This document shows, one piece after another, positions 6,448-12,093 of a DNA stretch of 12,093 nt. The stretch comes from Hormoscilla sp. GTDB taxonomy: Bacteria; Cyanobacteriota; Cyanobacteriia; Cyanobacteriales; Desertifilaceae. The notes under the pieces were generated by a model that saw only the letters and a program-made list of their open reading frames with translations, made no database searches and was not told where the DNA came from. Position numbers and translations under genes: made by a program. The stretch is taken from the NCBI GenBank assembly GCA_051439505.1, contig JBFRWI010000034.1:1-12093 (forward strand). The letters run 5' to 3'. The stretch's first letter is position 1, and each line of letters starts with the position of its first letter.

Positions 6448-7884
6448 ATGTCTGAGTTAATTATATTTTGGCACCGTCGAGATTTACGCATTGATGATAA
6501 TATCGGACTGGCAGCAGCCCGCGATCGCAGTCCGAAGGTAGTGGGAGTATTCTGTCTGGATCCGCAGATCCTAGAACGGGATGATGTGGCACCAGCAAGA
6601 GTGACCTACATGATCGGTTGCTTGCAGGAATTGCAACAGCGCTATGCCGAAGCGGGAAGTCAACTGTTGATCCTGCGGGACTTGCCAGAAAAGGCGATCG
6701 CCTCTCTAGCAGAGAATCTAAAAGCCAAGGCTGTATACTGGAATCGGGATGTAGAACCTTATGCCCAACAGCGGGATGAGGCTGTAAGTAATGCCTTAAA
6801 AGAGAAAGGCATAGAGTTCTCCAGTTATTGGGACCAGCTACTCAACTCGCCAGAGGAAATTCGCACGGGTACGGGTAAAGTTTACACGATATATACCCCA
6901 TTTTGGAAAAATTGGTGCCGAAAGCCGAAGCCCGCACCAGTCGCAACCCTGGCAAATGCGGAAAACCTGACAGTACGGGAACTAGAACTGGCTAAATCAT
7001 CTGGCATAATTGCTCTGCCTGCAGCTAAGGATTTAGGATTTATCTGGGAAAATGAATTGCTATTGCCACCAGGAGAAAAGGCGGCCCGGGAAAGATTAGA
7101 GGAATTTGTAAATGGGGCGATCGAAGTCTATCAAGAACAGCGAAATTTTCCCCATATAGACGGTACATCAATGCTAAGTGCAGCGCTCAAATTTGGTGCC
7201 ATTGGCATTCGTAGAGTCTGGGAAGCATCCAAGGAAGTCTATGCAGAGGCCCGCAGCGATCAAAGTCGTGGGAACATCGAAACCTGGCAAAAAGAATTGG
7301 CATGGCGAGAATTCTACCAACATGCGATGTATCACTTACCATCATTAGCAATGGCACCCTATCGCGCCCATTTCCAAGACTTCCCTTGGGAAAATAACGA
7401 AGCCCATTTTCAAGCCTGGTGCGAGGGCAAAACAGGCTATCCGATCGTGGATGCGGCCATGCGCCAGTTAAATGAAACCGGGTGGATGCACAACCGGTGC
7501 CGGATGATCGTCGCCAGTTTCCTGGTCAAAGATTTGATGATAGACTGGCGCTGGGGAGAAAAATATTTCATGCAGAAACTCTATGATGGGGACTTATCTG
7601 CTAATAATGGCGGTTGGCAATGGACTGCTTCTAGCGGCATGGACGCCCAACCCATGCGGATGATGAACCCGATCACCCAAACAGTCAAATTTGACCCGGA
7701 AGGGGAATATATCCGCCAATGGATACCAGAACTCCGATCGATAGACAACTCAGATCTGGTGAGTGGGAAATTTTCTGCCGATGACCGTGCCGCCTGTGGT
7801 TATCCCCAACCCATTGTCGATCATCAACTCAGGCAACGGGAATTTAAACTCCGCTATAAACAGCAAAAACAGTTATTTTCCTAG
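6448..7884 (+). CDS. phrA: Deoxyribodipyrimidine (class I CPD) photolyase
   Basis: [96 protein letters not shown]. Confidence 0.95.
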   Translation: MSELIIFWHRRDLRIDDNIGLAAARDRSPKVVGVFCLDPQILERDDVAPARVTYMIGCLQELQQRYAEAGSQLLILRDLPEKAIASLAENLKAKAVYWNRDVEPYAQQRDEAVSNALKEKGIEFSSYWDQLLNSPEEIRTGTGKVYTIYTPFWKNWCRKPKPAPVATLANAENLTVRELELAKSSGIIALPAAKDLGFIWENELLLPPGEKAARERLEEFVNGAIEVYQEQRNFPHIDGTSMLSAALKFGAIGIRRVWEASKEVYAEARSDQSRGNIETWQKELAWREFYQHAMYHLPSLAMAPYRAHFQDFPWENNEAHFQAWCEGKTGYPIVDAAMRQLNETGWMHNRCRMIVASFLVKDLMIDWRWGEKYFMQKLYDGDLSANNGGWQWTASSGMDAQPMRMMNPITQTVKFDPEGEYIRQWIPELRSIDNSDLVSGKFSADDRAACGYPQPIVDHQLRQREFKLRYKQQKQLFS

Positions 7885-8000
7885 GTTGCCATCTTGTATA
7901 GTGGCGGCGCGGAATTAGGGGCGATCGCATCCCGAGGCCAGAGTCCCGATCGCCACCGGCGGTCTCTAGACAACTTGAGTTCCACAGTTACGATCTCCCC

Positions 8001-8019
8001 CGATCTCCGGTCGAGATCG
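8001..8019. terminator. Possible hairpin between convergent genes
   Basis: CGATCTC-CGGTC-GAGATCG in the gap between phrA and the glycosyltransferase gene; no clear U-tract. Confidence 0.25.
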
Positions 8020-8041
8020 TTCCGATAGATTTGAGCGATGA

Positions 8042-8962
8042 CTAACCTTTAAGTTTACCTTTGACTTTGTTAATAATTTGCTGCCACTGGCTTTCTTTCT
8101 GCTTGGGTGGGGGGTCTTCCGGAGGGTGAGGGTCGCCCAGATAGCGGTAATATTTCCAGATATCCCAGTAAGGACAACCTGGTTCTATCCTAATACCTGC
8201 CCAATGTAAATAATCAAGGGGTTGATTGATGTTAGGGTCGATTAAAATATGCCCTTGCCGTTGAAAATGCTTGCTTCCTGCCCAGCTACCAGGGGCCTTT
8301 CCCGGTCTGCGCACTATATTAAATCGGCGCGGTATGCGCTTTAAGATCGTATAATTAATTATCGGCTGATCTGAGGTCTTCTGGGAAAAATCAAAATACT
8401 CCCGATGGGCCGCACATTCCGCAAAGCTTTCGTATAAGTCCGCTTCCGAAATCAAATTCTTTTTAGAAGCCCAAAATCCCCCGTTGAAAATATCTTTGAG
8501 GTCACTTTCGCTAAAAACTCCCCCTTCTATGACTTTGGAGGTAAAGACATTGGTGATTCCCCCTGCATGTTGGTAATCATAGCAGATAAAGTCGTAATTG
8601 TCAAGATAATTCAGGCGATCGATGATTTTATCGAAGACAACGATATCTGTATCTATATATAAAAATTCATCAAACTCGCCAAACCAGCAAGCTTGCTTGC
8701 GAAACTGATTGGGACGGGCAAAAAAGCCCTCTCCAAAAATATCGTACAGTTTTTGCGAGAGTCGTTCGATAAATCTTAAATCTTCGTAAACTTTTACCCC
8801 GTAAGACTCACTCAGAACTTGGGCGATCGCCTGATAGTTGTGGTCGTAAGGAATCATCACCACCGGCGTATCCCGATCGTATTGCCGGATACTATTCAGC
8901 AGGGCGATCGCCTGTTCCGTTACCTTATCATTAGCAGTAATATAGATTCCGCGACTCATCAT
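8042..8962 (-). CDS. GT-A fold glycosyltransferase-like protein (cyanobacterial Npun_R2821/R2822-like family)
   Basis: GIYITAND..ALLNSI, FLYIDTD (DxD motif), FNGGFW, DQPIINY, YLHWAG. GAGGAG ribosome-binding site. Paralogous to the upstream gene. Family name is from recall. Confidence 0.8.
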   Translation of the reverse strand: MMSRGIYITANDKVTEQAIALLNSIRQYDRDTPVVMIPYDHNYQAIAQVLSESYGVKVYEDLRFIERLSQKLYDIFGEGFFARPNQFRKQACWFGEFDEFLYIDTDIVVFDKIIDRLNYLDNYDFICYDYQHAGGITNVFTSKVIEGGVFSESDLKDIFNGGFWASKKNLISEADLYESFAECAAHREYFDFSQKTSDQPIINYTILKRIPRRFNIVRRPGKAPGSWAGSKHFQRQGHILIDPNINQPLDYLHWAGIRIEPGCPYWDIWKYYRYLGDPHPPEDPPPKQKESQWQQIINKVKGKLKG

Positions 8963-8969
8963 TTTCTCC

Positions 8970-9965
8970 TCAACCGGTTAATCCCAACTTTCTCAAGACT
9001 CGTTTTGCCAGACTGGGAGGTGGATTATATGGTTTTGGTTTACCTGTAAATTGCGGACGCTTTTCTGGTTCGTGCAGATAGCGGTAATACAAGAATACCT
9101 CCCGGTAGGGAAAATCCAGATTCTCGCCAGCACACAGCCTGGTAAAATATTTCGACTTAACCCCTATATAGTGAAGATAAGTCAGCCTGTTCCCCTTGTC
9201 ATAAAGAATGTGGTCTCGTTCCTCAAAATGATCCGAGGTGACGCTGCAACCCGTTCTCTCTTCTGGGGGCAAAGCTATCGCAAAATTATAACTGCTAATC
9301 CCCGTTCTCATCACCATGTAGTTGAGAATCGTTTGATCTGGAGCCATTCTATATAGAACTTCTGCTTCTCCCCCTCTCAGTTGCTCCAGCAGCCACTCTC
9401 TCCTCTCCTGCGGAAACATATTCCTTTTTGACCCATACAATCCCGAGCAAAAAATCTCTGATGCAAGTCTTTCAGGAGGAAATATTTCTGCTAGCTTCAA
9501 GGATGATACATCATACACATGAGTTATATCCTTGTACTGAAAGTCATAAACCACCCAGTCTTTGTTATCAAGTTGAGCGAAAACCGGATCTACCGGTCCC
9601 ATCACTAGGGTATCGGCATCCATGTACAGGAAGCGGTCAAAAGGTCCGTCGAAGGCACAGTAACGTCGATGAGTGCCCACTCTATAATAGGACTCATGGC
9701 CAGCCGATCTCCACTCTTGCTTGGCAGTAGGATGGGCCTCCCAAACATCACGCACGAATTTATCCCAGCGATCGATCGACTCTCGATCTTGATAAAGCAG
9801 CACCTGAGGGCGGCGATCTATTTCCGCTGCGATCGCCGCTGTATTATCATCATAGGGATAGACGCATACGGGCATTTGGGGTCCCAAAACTGCCTCAATG
9901 CTGTTCAGCAGGCCGACCAGATGGTCGTAGACTTTGTCATTGGCTAGGGTACAAATGCCATCCAT
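8970..9965 (-). CDS. GT-A fold glycosyltransferase-like protein (cyanobacterial Npun_R2821/R2822-like family)
   Basis: GICTLAND..LLNSI, FLYMDAD (DxD motif), FCSGLY, DQTILNY, YLHYIG, a GT8-like motif layout. Family name is from recall. Confidence 0.8.
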   Translation of the reverse strand: MDGICTLANDKVYDHLVGLLNSIEAVLGPQMPVCVYPYDDNTAAIAAEIDRRPQVLLYQDRESIDRWDKFVRDVWEAHPTAKQEWRSAGHESYYRVGTHRRYCAFDGPFDRFLYMDADTLVMGPVDPVFAQLDNKDWVVYDFQYKDITHVYDVSSLKLAEIFPPERLASEIFCSGLYGSKRNMFPQERREWLLEQLRGGEAEVLYRMAPDQTILNYMVMRTGISSYNFAIALPPEERTGCSVTSDHFEERDHILYDKGNRLTYLHYIGVKSKYFTRLCAGENLDFPYREVFLYYRYLHEPEKRPQFTGKPKPYNPPPSLAKRVLRKLGLTG

Positions 9966-9967
9966 AA

Positions 9968-10936
9968 CTAGGAAAATTTAGCGATGAATTCTGACAACCA
10001 GTTTAACAGGTTCAGCTTGTGGAGAATAATTTGCCGTGCTTCCGCGATCGCCCCCTTGGCCTGGGACCAAGCATCGGGAGTAGAAATCACCTCTTGGATA
10101 TAAGTCAGGCCCTTTTCATCCAAGCTTGGCAACCGGAGAAAACTGCCAGATGGCAATAACTTATCAGCGGCCCCTCCACCATAATAAATTGGCAGACACC
10201 AAGCCAGCAGAGGATCCCACAGCTTTTCACTCACGTACAAATCGTTCTGGGCATAATTTTCAATAGCCAAATTATAATAGTAAGGAGCCATGCTATGCCA
10301 CTTATTTTTCACCGGTCCCCCAGAATTGGCCCATTCTGGTAAATTTCTACCATACAGGTCAAACTCAAGTCCACTCCCTTGTAGCAGCCGTAAAAAATCT
10401 AATCGCTGACGATGGTTTGCCGTGCGTGCTATCCCAGAGGTAATCCAGCTGACTTTCTTGACCTTCTGGGGTGGGGACATCTCATTTAACTCGCTCCACG
10501 AGTTAGCATGGTACCATATAGCTGGCATATAATCAGGAGTAGGCGCGAACTCATCCGGTCCGGAAATGTAGCCACAATACTTTGAAGCTTCCAGGTAGTT
10601 GGTCTTGTTTTTGTTTACCACCTCATCTAAGGGGGGTTCCCGCATTAAGTATATAATACGCTCTTTATCGACCCCCCGCAGTTGGGAGGCTATATCCACC
10701 GGCGGCACCGAAGGCGCACCTCGCAACCTAGCTAACCAGGACCGTTGGGCGCGAACCCGTTTGTGAAAGTCAAACTGGTACATCAACAAAAAATCAGGGG
10801 TTTTCGCCGGTGCCAGCATTTGCATCTGCTTCCAAACCCCAAACGCCTCTGGAGTCTGCTGCCATAGCCAATCAACAGGACAGGGATTTAGTCCAGGGTA
10901 GCTACTAATCATGCCCACCACAACAGGTTTATTCAT
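9968..10936 (-). CDS. Glycosyltransferase family 10 (alpha-1,3-fucosyltransferase-like)
   Basis: YYYNLAIENY..YVSEKLWDPLLAWCLPIYYG matches the alpha-1,3-FucT motif (Y.F.LAFEN..YVTEK...A...PIY.G); also SWITS, R..F, DLYG. Confidence 0.82.
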   Translation of the reverse strand: MNKPVVVGMISSYPGLNPCPVDWLWQQTPEAFGVWKQMQMLAPAKTPDFLLMYQFDFHKRVRAQRSWLARLRGAPSVPPVDIASQLRGVDKERIIYLMREPPLDEVVNKNKTNYLEASKYCGYISGPDEFAPTPDYMPAIWYHANSWSELNEMSPPQKVKKVSWITSGIARTANHRQRLDFLRLLQGSGLEFDLYGRNLPEWANSGGPVKNKWHSMAPYYYNLAIENYAQNDLYVSEKLWDPLLAWCLPIYYGGGAADKLLPSGSFLRLPSLDEKGLTYIQEVISTPDAWSQAKGAIAEARQIILHKLNLLNWLSEFIAKFS

Positions 10937-10988
10937 AAGGAAAACTTATACATGTGTCAGTTGCTGGCGAGGCTGGAGTTGATTTGTC

Positions 10989-11029
10989 GGGAACTATATT
11001 GGCTATCATAGTTGATTATATACTATGAT
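10989..11029. promoter_or_regulatory. Divergent promoter region with an 8-9-8 inverted repeat and a GGGAACTAT motif
   Basis: ATCATAGT-(9 nt)-ACTATGAT at 11005-11029; GGGAACTAT at 10989-10997. Confidence 0.35.
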
Positions 11030-11112
11030 CAAGCTTAGGGAGAGGTCGAAGTATTCGAGATCGGGCTTTAGACCTCCGGCGGTGAGGTGAGGTTTCCAAT
11101 GAGGTTTGACAA

Positions 11113-12054
11113 GTGATGGGGTCTATTAGCTGTTCGCTCTCGATCTTAGCTGCCCGGACTGATATCCCGTTCATGATGCACACAATTCCTCATATAGTGA
11201 AGATGTGCAACTTCCCCTTCACCCAGCGGATGCTAGCTGTGGATACAGCACCGCTATCTGGTGACAAGGTTAACCGTCCTGGTGTGGGCACGATGGAGCA
11301 ACTCCGGGAAAACTGCGATCTGCTGCTGAGTAATGGTATAGTAGATCGAGTCATAGACATTGACTACTCCCAAACCTATCGCGATCGGGTATATCGCAAG
11401 CATTTCGGCAGCACCCTCAGACCAACCCACAATTATAAAGGCTATCCGATCCTGGGAACCATATTCTCCCTCGAAGAACCACCAGGAGACTACCTGCTTC
11501 ACTTTGATAGTGATATGATGCTATACCAGCAAGCTGGTTATAGCTGGATAGCAGCGGGAATTGAACTGTTGCAGAAACACCCAGAAGTGATGGCGGTGCG
11601 ACCATTAGCCGGTCCTCCCACTCCGGACGGAAGCATTAAGGATAAGAAATATACCAGAGACCCGGAAGGCTTCTACAAGTTTAAGTTTTTCTCCAGCAGA
11701 GTATACTTGATCGATCGCAAACGGTTTGAAAGTCTGCTGCCATTACCGGTCATGTGGCGACCCTACAGGCGCAAAATCATCAACTATTTGCCAACAGGAC
11801 TGCAAACAGCATTGAACTACTGGACGGGAAAGGGGTCTCTAGCTTCTTGGGAGGTGATGGTGTCCCAGCGGCTGAAAGGAAATGACTACGTGCGAGCAAC
11901 TATGGATGCTCCCCAGGCTTGGACAATTCACCCCAAAGACAGAGGACCGGAGTTTATGCAAGCATTGCCGTCCATTATAGCTCGGGTGGAGGCGGGAGAA
12001 TATCCTCAAGCACAAGCGGGCTACTATGACCTACAGTTGAACTGCTGGCTATAA
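11113..12054 (+). CDS. Putative glycosyltransferase (GT-A/GT2-like)
   Basis: 313-aa ORF with YLLHFDSDM (DxD motif). GAGGT ribosome-binding site before GTG/ATG (11113/11116). Divergent from the three-gene GT operon. Confidence 0.72.
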   Translation: MMGSISCSLSILAARTDIPFMMHTIPHIVKMCNFPFTQRMLAVDTAPLSGDKVNRPGVGTMEQLRENCDLLLSNGIVDRVIDIDYSQTYRDRVYRKHFGSTLRPTHNYKGYPILGTIFSLEEPPGDYLLHFDSDMMLYQQAGYSWIAAGIELLQKHPEVMAVRPLAGPPTPDGSIKDKKYTRDPEGFYKFKFFSSRVYLIDRKRFESLLPLPVMWRPYRRKIINYLPTGLQTALNYWTGKGSLASWEVMVSQRLKGNDYVRATMDAPQAWTIHPKDRGPEFMQALPSIIARVEAGEYPQAQAGYYDLQLNCWL

Positions 12055-12093
12055 ATTTTAGATGGGGAGTGAACACCGAATGAATGATAGTGG

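Noticed and set aside
1849..10051. HIP1 GCGATCGC enrichment (13 copies counted)
   Set aside because: Well-known cyanobacterial genome signature, used here only as taxonomic evidence.
8819..11605. Small antisense ORFs within the glycosyltransferase genes (and 5929-6114 within nudF)
   Set aside because: They overlap well-supported genes on the opposite strand.

Overview
Cyanobacterial DNA, probably a filamentous Oscillatoriales-like organism: I count 13 HIP1 GCGATCGC octamers plus STRR- and REP-like repeats. The coding content is a filamentous-haemagglutinin/TPS-domain exoprotein (-), a small conserved cyanobacterial hypothetical protein (+), a NUDIX hydrolase next to a class I CPD photolyase (+), and a divergent four-gene glycosyltransferase cluster that includes a GT10-type enzyme. 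The intergenic DNA is the most interesting part. (i) Five copies or remnants of a MITE shell (TIR GGGTGTGGTCA, 9-bp target duplication) carry different palindromic cargoes, and the two complete copies are both 142 bp. (ii) A ~66-bp tandem array built on the palindrome AAAATGGCCATTTT has a degenerate upstream copy. (iii) A 57-codon GHKL/MORC-type ATPase N-terminal stub, missing from the ORF track, is cut off by a second MITE type. (iv) A perfect 64-bp direct repeat lies between divergent genes. (v) A 24-nt REP-like element sits in frame inside the haemagglutinin gene. No transposase, CRISPR array or RNA gene was found. All family assignments come from motif recognition, not from database searches.
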